From a virus, in IMG/VR virus record IMGVR_UViG_3300025318_000007, positions 1-64,000 of that record: a DNA stretch of 64,000 nucleotides; one strand, written 5' to 3'. The translations under genes were made by a program, and so were the position numbers. Each line of letters starts with the position of its first letter. Within the stretch, counting starts at the first letter, position 1. This document shows positions 9,130-17,801 of the stretch, piece by piece. The notes under the pieces were generated by a model, which did no database searches, was not told the origin of the DNA, and was given only the letters and a program-made list of their open reading frames with translations.

Positions 9130-9322
9130 TTTTCTTTACCTCAATTTCGTCTGGTCGATGCTTGCAAAATTCACAATCTAAATCGCCACACTTGGACTCA
9201 ACCCAATCATCATGATTCTCACACCAAAAGGCATCAAATTCCTGATAATAAACAAGGATACAAGATTTATGGCCAGTTGTCCGACTAGCACTAGGACTTA
9301 TGTGGTAAAGTTTTGCCACCAT
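9101..9322 (-). CDS. Cys-rich small protein
   Basis: ORF track; CENHDDWVESKCGDLDCEFCKH. Confidence 0.35.
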   Translation of the reverse strand: MVAKLYHISPSASRTTGHKSCILVYYQEFDAFWCENHDDWVESKCGDLDCEFCKHRPDEIEVKKNESRRSRNR

Positions 9323-9731
9323 TCACCATACTGGGTTTCACGTAGAAGACGCAAATAATGGTATCTTTTGTCGGGGGAAGTACAGCTCCCCAAGTACAAA
9401 AGTAACTCTTTCCGTTCTTTGAAGGATAAACTCTACTAGCGTTCATTCGGAAGGGTTTGAAGTCTGCGATAGCAACTTCAACTGTTTCTTTATCAATAAA
9501 AGAAACAGTTAAGGGTGCTTCGCGGCAATCGTTCTCATGGCAGCAGCTGTTCCAAATTTCTTTAGTTGTTGGAAGCTTGTCCGGATGGTAGTGCTCGGAC
9601 ACGGCCGCAGCATTTCTATAATATCGCCACGGTACTCTTGCTTGTCCGAAGACATAGTTCCCTGAGAGAACAATAGCAAACAAGACAGCCCAACGAGCCA
9701 TCCATCCAAGCATTCCTGTTCGAATCTTCAT
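9291..9731 (-). CDS. exported protein
   Basis: N-terminal MLGWMARWAVLFAIVLSGNYVFG signal/TM. Confidence 0.45.
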   Translation of the reverse strand: MKIRTGMLGWMARWAVLFAIVLSGNYVFGQARVPWRYYRNAAAVSEHYHPDKLPTTKEIWNSCCHENDCREAPLTVSFIDKETVEVAIADFKPFRMNASRVYPSKNGKSYFCTWGAVLPPTKDTIICVFYVKPSMVNGGKTLPHKS

Positions 9732-10423
9732 CTTCCTAATCCCAGATTCTCTTTCTGAGTCCGCATCGGAACAATATCCTCATACAGAATTGGAATATGT
9801 TTTTGAAAAGTTTCAAGAAGTGGAACAGTTACCTCGAGCATCTGCGGGTGAGTGTTCTTCGTTGTACGCATCAAGAAGAAATGTCTCCATTGCCGAAGAT
9901 TGAAAGTAACTACAATCTTCGAAGCAAGAGCATTTGGAAATACAGAGCGAGCGATCTGTGGAGCGTGTCCTCGATCAATTAACTTGCGATATGCATCCTC
10001 ACAAGTCTTGATAGCATGAAGCCAAATTTCAAAGCTATCTGGATCAGTCATGACGCCGGCAGGACAAATGAAGGTTGGCTTCATCTTCTTCTTGTAGTTC
10101 ACAAACCGAGTTGACTCTTGAGTGTAAGCTGCTATGCGATGTCTTACCAACTCGTGAGTGATGCCCCGATCAACAACGAGCTCCACAGTAACCGAGCAAT
10201 GTTCAGTCACAGACCAATCACCGTGTTCAAGAACTACACTTCGAAGAAAACGATCGTATGAAGTTTCAGTTACGTAGGGAGAGTCTTCACTGCGGTGGCT
10301 GATGCGCGCGATGGCCTCAATCGTCTTGAGCATCCGAACCCCGTTGAGGGGATCATCGCTATGCGCTTTGTAGAATTTACTTACGACGCCGCTTGATAAA
10401 ACGTTTGTGTCGTTGTCGGACAT
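9728..10423 (-). CDS. thyX: flavin-dependent thymidylate synthase ThyX
   Basis: ThyX signature RHR-x7-S: ELVRHRIAAYTQESTRF; size 231 aa. Confidence 0.85.
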   Translation of the reverse strand: MSDNDTNVLSSGVVSKFYKAHSDDPLNGVRMLKTIEAIARISHRSEDSPYVTETSYDRFLRSVVLEHGDWSVTEHCSVTVELVVDRGITHELVRHRIAAYTQESTRFVNYKKKMKPTFICPAGVMTDPDSFEIWLHAIKTCEDAYRKLIDRGHAPQIARSVFPNALASKIVVTFNLRQWRHFFLMRTTKNTHPQMLEVTVPLLETFQKHIPILYEDIVPMRTQKENLGLGR

Positions 10424-10814
10424 TTTTCCTCGTTTCTTGTAAAAATTTCTTCATGAACGCTGGGGGTAAGTCGTCAAATTTATCCCCATACACCGCTTCA
10501 AATTCCATTATAGCACCACAGCCCCACATAGTCTTAGCGATATGATCTTCCGATCGATCACCGGAGAGGAAGAGACAGAAGTGATTGAAGATATGATTGA
10601 CAATGTTACTGTAAGGCATTCCTTTACGCCAGTTACAGTAACCGTAGCGGGTATCACCTTCAAAGTGAATCATCGCTAAGCGTCGGAGTGCATGTGGAGA
10701 GATTGAATGGAAGTTAAACTGAAAGCCTCTCTCGTCTCTCTGTGCTCCGGTGGAGAAGACTTTATTCTTTTTGTTTGACGTGTCGCCGTCCTTGACACCT
10801 ATTCTCTTTTGCAT
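10377..10814 (-). CDS. putative all-alpha dNTP pyrophosphohydrolase-like protein (weak)
   Basis: FSTGAQRD...HFEGDTRYGYCNWRKG...EDHIAKTMWGCGAIMEFE recalls phage dATP/dGTP pyrophosphohydrolase N-domain; overlaps thyX by 47 nt. Confidence 0.3.
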   Translation of the reverse strand: MQKRIGVKDGDTSNKKNKVFSTGAQRDERGFQFNFHSISPHALRRLAMIHFEGDTRYGYCNWRKGMPYSNIVNHIFNHFCLFLSGDRSEDHIAKTMWGCGAIMEFEAVYGDKFDDLPPAFMKKFLQETRKNVRQRHKRFIKRRRK

Positions 10815-10995
10815 TTGTCTTCTCCTTATACTGCGCTACAAAACGTTCCACCAGTGGAAACCACTTATCGGAACGACGATGGCCTTTTACTATAAAGGGA
10901 ACACTTATCTGTTGATTGTTTATGTAAGCGATAACTTCGTAATCCGATATCTCAGCCAAATTAGATACATTACGAAAAGCAACAACCAATGCCAT
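10762..10995 (-). CDS. hypothetical protein
   Basis: ORF track. Confidence 0.35.
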   Translation of the reverse strand: MALVVAFRNVSNLAEISDYEVIAYINNQQISVPFIVKGHRRSDKWFPLVERFVAQYKEKTNAKENRCQGRRHVKQKE

Positions 10996-11192
10996 TAGAT
11001 TAAATCCCTATCCTCAGCCAACCATTCAGGGATAGTAAGTTCGACAATATCGCCCACTTTAAAGTCGTAAGGTTCTTTTTCTTCAATTTGACTCTTTGGA
11101 AGAGTTGTTCTGACGCGACCATCTCTAACTGTAATAGAAAGATCATTGATCGAAACTATCTCAACTTCAATTTCGACCAAGTCATCTTCCAT
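10995..11192 (-). CDS. hypothetical protein
   Basis: ORF track. Confidence 0.35.
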   Translation of the reverse strand: MEDDLVEIEVEIVSINDLSITVRDGRVRTTLPKSQIEEKEPYDFKVGDIVELTIPEWLAEDRDLI

Positions 11193-11309
11193 ATCAAGTC
11201 AACCAGTTAATCAAGCCCGCCAGTGCAAAGAGTAGCACAGCGATAACGAACTTGGTCTTCTGTACCTTCGCGTAAAACTTAGGGTCGTATAAATTGCTCA
11301 TGTTTTCTT

Positions 11310-11585
11310 TTATACAGTAGGGTGAACAATCTTTTCAAGCACACGGAGAAGTCTATCCTCCTGCGAGGATATTGAAGGTATGTCTTCTACCTCTCCGGCA
11401 ATCAAAATCTTCTTGTTCTCGTCATAGAGGGTGTAAGTGATCTTCAAATGACTATCTGAAGAACCCAATTCGTTTAAAAGGAGAGTTCTTATTGTTTTTC
11501 TCCTCTTCAAGTCACCGCCCGGAATGTCTTCTACGTTGATCATTTGCATTGAAGTTTGTCCTCTCTCAATCCCCATCGTCTTCAT
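11310..11585 (-). CDS. hypothetical protein
   Basis: ORF track. Confidence 0.4.
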   Translation of the reverse strand: MKTMGIERGQTSMQMINVEDIPGGDLKRRKTIRTLLLNELGSSDSHLKITYTLYDENKKILIAGEVEDIPSISSQEDRLLRVLEKIVHPTV

Positions 11586-11964
11586 CTACAGCGGGTAGGT
11601 CTGACAGAATCTCAAATTGATTAACGTAATGTGCTCCGTCTTGCTCATCTCCATGAAAGCGGATATGAAACTTACCGCTCCTTAACATCCGCTTTGCTTT
11701 CTCAAGAACTTCAATTTGTCGATTAATGAGAGCTACGAAGGCGACATCCCACGGACCCGTAACCCGATCTTCGTCCCATAACTCATTGCGAGCTGCAGCA
11801 AAGAGTTTATTCTTTTCAGAATGACTTTCTGGTAATCCCGGATATAGATCTGCAAGGGTGACGTATCCAAGGCCTGTAATCTGAGATCGAAAGGGAACTT
11901 GAGCCATTGTTTCCTCGAAGTTTAGATTTCCATCACTCGGTTGGTCTGCATGATTGCGATGCAT
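11566..11964 (-). CDS. hypothetical protein
   Basis: ORF track. Confidence 0.4.
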   Translation of the reverse strand: MHRNHADQPSDGNLNFEETMAQVPFRSQITGLGYVTLADLYPGLPESHSEKNKLFAAARNELWDEDRVTGPWDVAFVALINRQIEVLEKAKRMLRSGKFHIRFHGDEQDGAHYVNQFEILSDLPAVDEDDGD

Positions 11965-12137
11965 GTATCAAAGAAAAGCTTACTTACCCGGAGCTGTCCA
12001 TTCAAGTGCCAAAATCCTAAAGCAAAAACGAGCAAACTCCCGTGTATTATTCCAACCCAGTAAACTTTGTCCTTATAGAAAGCTTTTTGGGTCTTGGAAG
12101 CCTGTTTCCGGACTTTCCTTTTGTTCTTTTGCGGCAT
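11922..12137 (-). CDS. small membrane protein (basic N-terminus, one TM)
   Basis: VYWVGIIHGSLLVFALGFW hydrophobic helix. Confidence 0.4.
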   Translation of the reverse strand: MPQKNKRKVRKQASKTQKAFYKDKVYWVGIIHGSLLVFALGFWHLNGQLRVSKLFFDTCIAIMQTNRVMEI

Positions 12138-12495
12138 GATTCCCTCTTATGGCTAGTAAGATCTTACGTAAAACAAGATTCGCTTGAGTAACGTACTTTT
12201 GTGCTTCCTCGAATTTACCTTCTGCGAGGAGACTCTCTGCTTTGCGGATATAGATGTACCGAATGCTATCAAGCTCATTGAGGATCTTACCAAACTCCTC
12301 ATCGACTTGCAGCTGTTGCACGAGTCTGTTTACAACGCTAGTAGCGTAATCGTGCTTCGTAGCATCCTGAAAGACAGAGTTCTTTTGAATCTGTTCGAGA
12401 GTTGGAATCGCTGGTTGGGATTTAAATGTCGGAAGTGTACATCCGGCTGAGAAGAAAACAAAAACAAAAACGAGTTTAAGGTTTCGGTACAACAT
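12073..12495 (-). CDS. lipoprotein (alpha-helical)
   Basis: signal + lipobox VFVFFSAGC. Confidence 0.5.
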   Translation of the reverse strand: MLYRNLKLVFVFVFFSAGCTLPTFKSQPAIPTLEQIQKNSVFQDATKHDYATSVVNRLVQQLQVDEEFGKILNELDSIRYIYIRKAESLLAEGKFEEAQKYVTQANLVLRKILLAIRGNHAAKEQKESPETGFQDPKSFL

Positions 12496-12859
12496 GTCCC
12501 ATCGCTGATGCTATCATCTTAAGCCAGTCAAATGCCCGGGTCAACAAGATAGCAACTAGCGTGGTATAGAGAACCCAAAAGTGCTTCTTGCGGTTTTCAC
12601 GATCTTTCTGAACGGTGCGGAGTTGAGGAATAATTCCCTCTTTCTTTATATCATTCGGATCCCCGAGCAGGATAATTGTCATCTGACTTTGGTAGGCTAA
12701 ATCATCTTTTATGTGTTCCTGAAACGATAACAGATTCGCGTTGACAGTTTGATGTAATTCCTCATGGCGATGCGCTAGATGTTTTATTTCCACCATCAAC
12801 TCGGAATTCGTTACCCGAGTGTTACTATCGCGGCCCATATTAAACACACCCCCCGCCAA
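12476..12859 (-). CDS. membrane protein (C-terminal TM)
   Basis: HFWVLYTTLVAILLTRAF hydrophobic segment. Confidence 0.4.
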   Translation of the reverse strand: MAGGVFNMGRDSNTRVTNSELMVEIKHLAHRHEELHQTVNANLLSFQEHIKDDLAYQSQMTIILLGDPNDIKKEGIIPQLRTVQKDRENRKKHFWVLYTTLVAILLTRAFDWLKMIASAMGHVVPKP

Positions 12860-13676
12860 CTCCCAAAAGATTCATATTAGTACAAGGAACGGTATCCGCT
12901 GCTCCAGCTACTTCCTTAAATGCGCCTAACACTGAAGCATTATCTCTACTACCCGACCACGTTGGATCACTTGGATTCGAAGTACCAGTAAAGATATCAA
13001 ACTCACCAGTAACAGCCATATTCGATGCAGCCCCCGCTCCGGTGGTGCCCGCGCAGCAGAGTGTACGGTCATAAGCGGCTGTTTTTGAATAGGTGGTTGC
13101 GTCCTCAGGACCCTCATGAGCAATACATCGCACCCACAAATGCTCTTCATTGAGCGTAGTTAAATCCAACGAACCTGGATCAGCGCCATCGTCTTGACGA
13201 GAAGTCGTATTCGGTGCAGTTACGGTGGGAGAGACTGAAGCATTTGCTTCGAAAATAACTATAGCCTTAGCAGCAACATTGTCAGAAAAGTTTGCCGTTA
13301 CAACATCACCGACTTCATAAAAAGTATCCAGCTTAGAATACCAGAGAGATACTGCGGCGCCGTTGCCGGCGGATCCCTGACTATTAGTGAACTCAATAGC
13401 CTTATTCCACGTATTCCCTCGAGGGTCTGTAATCGAAGTGTGGGTATTCGTAGCCCCGTCTGTAGCTGAAATGTTATTCGACGCCACACATAAAAACATT
13501 ACCGGATCATCACCAAGAGTGTCAGTCCATAAAACACCTATGCTATTAGACGATGTTTTATCAAAATTCAAATTAACATGTCCGATAGTATGACTCCAGG
13601 CTCCGAACCCAGGACTAACAGTTGCGAGTAGAAAGAAGAGAGTCAGTAAAAAGCTACCTATTTTTTTCATAATCAC
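12840..13676 (-). CDS. secreted protein
   Basis: MIMKKIGSFLLTLFFLLATVSPGFGA signal peptide. Confidence 0.5.
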   Translation of the reverse strand: MIMKKIGSFLLTLFFLLATVSPGFGAWSHTIGHVNLNFDKTSSNSIGVLWTDTLGDDPVMFLCVASNNISATDGATNTHTSITDPRGNTWNKAIEFTNSQGSAGNGAAVSLWYSKLDTFYEVGDVVTANFSDNVAAKAIVIFEANASVSPTVTAPNTTSRQDDGADPGSLDLTTLNEEHLWVRCIAHEGPEDATTYSKTAAYDRTLCCAGTTGAGAASNMAVTGEFDIFTGTSNPSDPTWSGSRDNASVLGAFKEVAGAADTVPCTNMNLLGVGGGCV

Positions 13677-13686
13677 CTCCGCTAAA

Positions 13687-14934
13687 TTATTGAGTTACAT
13701 AACTAAAACCACCAGAAACCTGACCACTACTGCTTTGAAGCAGACATAAATTATCTTGGTTTACAGTGGTTGCGGCGATCGCCCATCCACCAGTCCCAAA
13801 AGCAATACCAGCGTTCTTTCCAAAATTCCACCCCTCATCTGCAGTTGCACCACCACTGAGACCGGGCACCGCAACTGTAGTCGTACCGCATGTCGTGCCG
13901 GTACCTGCAACAAAGACAACATTTTGTGAAGTTGCTGTTACCAACTGAACTGAACAAATATAAATCTTTTTAGCAGCAACTCCCGTAACGAGCTGAGTAC
14001 TTGTCACCTGATCAATACCAACGAACGTCTTCGCATTAATTCTGCAAGGATCGCCTAAACGAGTATTGATATCAGCTAAATTGCCACCGGTCTCTTTCGC
14101 GATGGTAGCCGTTGAATCTTGACGAACGTATCCGCCACCACCGGATGCTACAAGAGGATCAGTATTCGTTTTAACAGTAGCAAGATTCCCACCAGTCTCT
14201 TTCGCGATGGTATCTGTCGAATCCTGCCTGACGTACCCACCGGCGCCGGAAGCCACAAGAGGATCGGTATTCGTCTTAACAGTAGCTAAGTTACCACCTG
14301 TTTCTTGTGCTGCGTTCGAAGGTAGTGGTAAAGTGGCTGCACTAACCGGCTGTGTAACGCCTGAACCATCGACGTGAAGTCGACCACTACTAACATTAGC
14401 TTCAGTGGTATCCCCGGCACCGTCTTTAACTATGCCATCACTGCTTCCAGATCCGGCACAAGATTCAAAATCATCATTTGCGGCGGTGACGCACCGCACA
14501 GCAACTGACTCACCCACTACAGCTCCATTACCGGTGACAGTTGCTTTCAAATTTCCGATAGTGGATTGAACGGCTGTTACTGTACCACTGACCGGCTGCG
14601 TAACCCCAGAACCATCGACATGAAGTCGACCGCTGCTAACATTCGCTTCAGTTGTATCCCCAGTTCCGTCCTTGACTATGCCATCGCTGCTTCCACTGCC
14701 ACCGCAAGCCTCAAATGTGGTGCCATCAGTACTAACGCACCGCACCGCAACAGCTTCATCCGGAGCCGTATTTCGAATTAGAGTACGGCCGGGGATAGGT
14801 TGAGAAAAAGCGATAGTTGGATAAAGAAGAAATAATAGAACTAAAAGCTTCTTCATGATTACCCTTTCTTTACTAAAGCCCGCAATGCACTGTAGCCAAA
14901 GGCGAGTGCTGCAGCTGTTGCAGCGTAGTACCAA
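13687..14934 (-). CDS. secreted repeat-containing protein (adhesin / fibre-like)
   Basis: probable start MKKLLVLLFLLYPTIAFSQ (about 14856); two ~82-aa repeats and 2.4 copies of a 35-aa repeat ETGGNLATVKTNTDPLVASG.GGYVRQDST.TIAK. Confidence 0.55.
   Translation of the reverse strand: MVLRCNSCSTRLWLQCIAGFSKERVIMKKLLVLLFLLYPTIAFSQPIPGRTLIRNTAPDEAVAVRCVSTDGTTFEACGGSGSSDGIVKDGTGDTTEANVSSGRLHVDGSGVTQPVSGTVTAVQSTIGNLKATVTGNGAVVGESVAVRCVTAANDDFESCAGSGSSDGIVKDGAGDTTEANVSSGRLHVDGSGVTQPVSAATLPLPSNAAQETGGNLATVKTNTDPLVASGAGGYVRQDSTDTIAKETGGNLATVKTNTDPLVASGGGGYVRQDSTATIAKETGGNLADINTRLGDPCRINAKTFVGIDQVTSTQLVTGVAAKKIYICSVQLVTATSQNVVFVAGTGTTCGTTTVAVPGLSGGATADEGWNFGKNAGIAFGTGGWAIAATTVNQDNLCLLQSSSGQVSGGFSYVTQ
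14062..14310. repeat. intragenic tandem repeat, period 105 bp, about 2.4 copies
   Basis: seen directly in DNA 14062-14160, 14161-14266, 14267-14310. Confidence 0.6.
14335..14790. repeat. intragenic tandem repeat, period about 246 bp, about 1.8 copies
   Basis: actaaccggctgtgtaacgcctgaaccatcgacgtgaagtcgacc at 14341 repeated with about 85% identity from 14588. Confidence 0.55.
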
Positions 14935-15098
14935 TTTCCAGTGGCTACATCTTGCCCGATGAGATAACTGACTACGACTCCAACCACGCCAAACTCGGTT
15001 GTTTTATAACCTTCTTTGGGAGCTGTAGTCGATTTTACTTGAGTGATAATCTCAGCAGCCGCCTGTGCGATCGATTCTTTGACATCCATACTCTTCAC
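14859..15098 (-). CDS. small two-TM membrane protein (holin-like topology)
   Basis: FGVVGVVVSYLIG and YYAATAAALAFGYSAL hydrophobic helices, 79 aa. Confidence 0.4.
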   Translation of the reverse strand: MKSMDVKESIAQAAAEIITQVKSTTAPKEGYKTTEFGVVGVVVSYLIGQDVATGNWYYAATAAALAFGYSALRALVKKG

Positions 15099-15105
15099 CT
15101 CTCTC

Positions 15106-15546
15106 TTATGCTAATCCAATACCTAAACGAGCAACAGCTGTTTTGCCGGGCAGTGTAGTTAAAACCAATTCACTAGTATTACTCACTAAACGTTGACCAC
15201 TGATATCAAGCCCTTCTCCGGGTTTAACCTTGAAAGCTAATACCGTATTGGTTGAAGCGACTACGCTTCCAAGTCGAAGATAGATGTCATCCGCACTGTC
15301 ATCGTTGATCATGTTGAACCAAACGATCGAACTACCGAAGGTTACCGCTGTACCCGTATCAACTGCGGTGACTTCATGAGGTTCGATCGAAGCAACTCTG
15401 CCGAAGTCCGTTTCAACTAGAAGTCTGCCATCGCTTTTACGAACACGTATGTTAACTAGCTGTTCGATGTCATCGGGATCTACGCCACCAGCTGCGTTAC
15501 GAAAGTTTTTATCAATAGCAAAGGTTTCACTATCGGGTGCTGACAT
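15106..15546 (-). CDS. hypothetical protein
   Basis: ORF track. Confidence 0.45.
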   Translation of the reverse strand: MSAPDSETFAIDKNFRNAAGGVDPDDIEQLVNIRVRKSDGRLLVETDFGRVASIEPHEVTAVDTGTAVTFGSSIVWFNMINDDSADDIYLRLGSVVASTNTVLAFKVKPGEGLDISGQRLVSNTSELVLTTLPGKTAVARLGIGLA

Positions 15547-15869
15547 TAGGGAGATTCCTCCTCTACTGCTTCACCTTCTCCTTGATCAACAAGAATACCA
15601 TCAACAGATGAACCTTCAGGACCACACTTTACTTCGGCACCTTCACGAGCTGTACGAGCAACTGAAATAGTTCCCGAGCCCCAACCACCGGCTGCGGGGA
15701 CGCCCGGAACACCGCCTCCGGCACCCCCCTGTCCAGTGATATAAACGCAACCGGAACCTGGACGCTCAATAACTAATCGCGTCAGATCCCGATCTTCCTT
15801 TGTAAGGAAATAGCAGCTTGAAGTGAACAGGGGGACGAGTAGTCCCCCTATCAACATGAGGTATTTCAT
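15546..15869 (-). CDS. Gly-rich lipoprotein
   Basis: signal + lipobox LFTSSC. Confidence 0.45.
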   Translation of the reverse strand: MKYLMLIGGLLVPLFTSSCYFLTKEDRDLTRLVIERPGSGCVYITGQGGAGGGVPGVPAAGGWGSGTISVARTAREGAEVKCGPEGSSVDGILVDQGEGEAVEEESP

Positions 15870-15872
15870 GAG

Positions 15873-16340
15873 TTACCTCGGTATTGTTGCAGCTAGATCA
15901 GCAGCTTCCTCGGCTGACTGAAGTAACTTAACGATCAACGTTCGCTGTTCAGGATTCAATACGCCGTTGCCGACGTGTTTCTCGACCTCTAGTTTTACGA
16001 GAGCGAGTACATCTTCGATGAGCACTTTATCTGCGGGAGAAAGATTGTCCCACTTAATAGCGCTTCGAAGTGCTTCGACGGCGAGAGCGACGGTTGCATC
16101 GAGATCACCACTAACCACTGCTCGAGCTTGTGCTATGATTTGTTTAGCACGAACAGCTCGATCGGGCTTGTTGGCGAGTGCTCGAACAACTGCCTGACGA
16201 ACGACCAAATTCAGGATAACTTCCTCGCGCGGACCGATGCTGACACCAGATGAGTCTCCGGGGGCCGATGACTGGGCTCCGCATCCAAAAAGTGCGAATG
16301 AAATCAAGGAAATAAACAGGAAACGAGTAAGTTTCTTCAT
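15873..16340 (-). CDS. lipoprotein (alpha-helical)
   Basis: MKKLTRFLFISLISFALFGC lipobox; TAGGAGG RBS. Confidence 0.5.
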   Translation of the reverse strand: MKKLTRFLFISLISFALFGCGAQSSAPGDSSGVSIGPREEVILNLVVRQAVVRALANKPDRAVRAKQIIAQARAVVSGDLDATVALAVEALRSAIKWDNLSPADKVLIEDVLALVKLEVEKHVGNGVLNPEQRTLIVKLLQSAEEAADLAATIPR

Positions 16341-16360
16341 ATAGAAATCCTCCTAAGACT

Positions 16361-16389
16361 ATTTTAAGGTAAAAGGTGACGTGTTACAA
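16361..16389 (-). promoter_or_regulatory. putative sigma70-like promoter TTGTAA-17-TAAAAT upstream of lipoprotein gene
   Basis: read from reverse complement of 16361-16389. Confidence 0.3.
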
Positions 16390-16393
16390 GAAG

Positions 16394-16618
16394 TTAGAAC
16401 TTGAAATACCACTTGATCAAGACAGTAGCACTAACACCTACCCAATAGAGCACGAGTGTTCTAAAGGGTAGGTTCTGACACCATCCGATTGTGGTAGCGA
16501 AGAAAAGAGCTTCTCCCCACGTCAGCTTAAGTAGTTGGAGCAACAATGCCCCCGAAGTGAGGATTAAGACCGGACATGTTCGTGAGTATCCAGGGGAGCT
16601 TCTCGACCACATCATCAA
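16394..16618 (-). CDS. small membrane protein
   Basis: ORF track; hydrophobic. Confidence 0.35.
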   Translation of the reverse strand: MMMWSRSSPGYSRTCPVLILTSGALLLQLLKLTWGEALFFATTIGWCQNLPFRTLVLYWVGVSATVLIKWYFKF

Positions 16619-17129
16619 TGCTGTAGAAAACGATAGCGCTATTTTTCTCGATAAAGGGATGAAGCTTGAAGAGCGCCTTATTGTCGTGTCCGGTGTATCC
16701 CGGATCGATGATCGAGTAACGAAGACATCCAGATCGTCCAGTCGATCGTCCGAACTCGATCAAACTTCCGATGGTTGGATACTTAACTGACAGTGACGTG
16801 AAATTGCAAAGAAGAATATCTGCGTGATCGACGCACCAAAAGTCCTGCTGAACGATCAAGTCAGCTCCCGGAACCAGCCCGTGAAGACTCCAGGCTTTCG
16901 TTTCTGGGTTGAAAGTCTTTCCTCCAAGTGGATTAAGGAATACCGCGAGATCTCCGCACGCGTCTATCACGCGTTCGCGCCACTCTACATCTTCTTTGAT
17001 GTAGTCATCCCGAATCGACCCCACAAGATAAATTGACGGCTTTCTCGAAGCCACTCCTTGAAAGTCACTTGATCTCATCATAACCAACATCTCCATTCTC
17101 TTGAATTTTTTTGTCTTCGTAACGAGCAA
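16527..17129 (-). CDS. nucleoside 2-deoxyribosyltransferase-like protein
   Basis: SIYLVGSI near N-terminus and DHADILLCNF...GSLIEFGRS with conserved Glu, as in NDT-fold enzymes; likely start MEMLVMM. Confidence 0.45.
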   Translation of the reverse strand: MLVTKTKKFKRMEMLVMMRSSDFQGVASRKPSIYLVGSIRDDYIKEDVEWRERVIDACGDLAVFLNPLGGKTFNPETKAWSLHGLVPGADLIVQQDFWCVDHADILLCNFTSLSVKYPTIGSLIEFGRSTGRSGCLRYSIIDPGYTGHDNKALFKLHPFIEKNSAIVFYSIDDVVEKLPWILTNMSGLNPHFGGIVAPTT

Positions 17130-17388
17130 TTACTCTGCGGTAAAATTCGAAAGCCACCATGAACAATGTACCGATAACGAGCACGAAAGAGGCATAGCGT
17201 TTCGATGGACATGTCAAAATCAACAAGCGTGTGATCGCGTAATTTAGAGGTCCGAGTTGTCCAAGGGATGATATCGGAGTCTTCTTCCCCTGAAACTTTA
17301 TCTCATTAGCAAGTGGTTCAAGAAGCTTATCAATCGGAGGTCGATCTTCCTGTTCAATGTAAGGCATCAATCCTCCCCCGATTCCCAC
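17065..17388 (-). CDS. membrane protein
   Basis: ORF track; ITRLLILTCPSKRYASFVLVIGTLFMVAFEFY hydrophobic. Confidence 0.4.
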   Translation of the reverse strand: MGIGGGLMPYIEQEDRPPIDKLLEPLANEIKFQGKKTPISSLGQLGPLNYAITRLLILTCPSKRYASFVLVIGTLFMVAFEFYRRVIARYEDKKIQENGDVGYDEIK

Positions 17389-17801
17389 GGAAACACTAAA
17401 TAGTTCGTTGTATCAATCCTTCTTCCAATTAACACCTTATCGGGAGGTACATTGTGCTTTGCATAGACGAAAGCATAGTTAACAAAGCCGTACCACTGAA
17501 GTAGATCGTAATAGGTTTCACCCGTGTCGTACAAACTATCAATGATAAAGTCATGAGCACTTAACCTTGAACGAGCATGATCTACTGGTACCATGCGCAC
17601 GTTTTTAATTTTGAGCTCATATGCAAGCACAGCTGCGGGAGTCAATCCTCCTCGGGGTATGCAGTAAAAGTTCGAGTAATTAACATCAAAGAGGTGATGT
17701 TTAGCAATCTTATTTGCTAATCTGAGACAGTCTGACTGAAACTCATCCCAGTTGATAACTTGATTAGTCGAAGGTAATTTGTGAGAACTTCTTGATGACA
17801 T
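17367..17801 (-). CDS. gpt: xanthine-guanine phosphoribosyltransferase-like (type I PRTase)
   Basis: INWDEF, IPRGGLTPAAVLAYELKIKNVRMV and PRPP motif FIIDSLYDTGETY parallel E. coli Gpt ([41 protein letters not shown]). Confidence 0.65.
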   Translation of the reverse strand: MSSRSSHKLPSTNQVINWDEFQSDCLRLANKIAKHHLFDVNYSNFYCIPRGGLTPAAVLAYELKIKNVRMVPVDHARSRLSAHDFIIDSLYDTGETYYDLLQWYGFVNYAFVYAKHNVPPDKVLIGRRIDTTNYLVFPWESGED

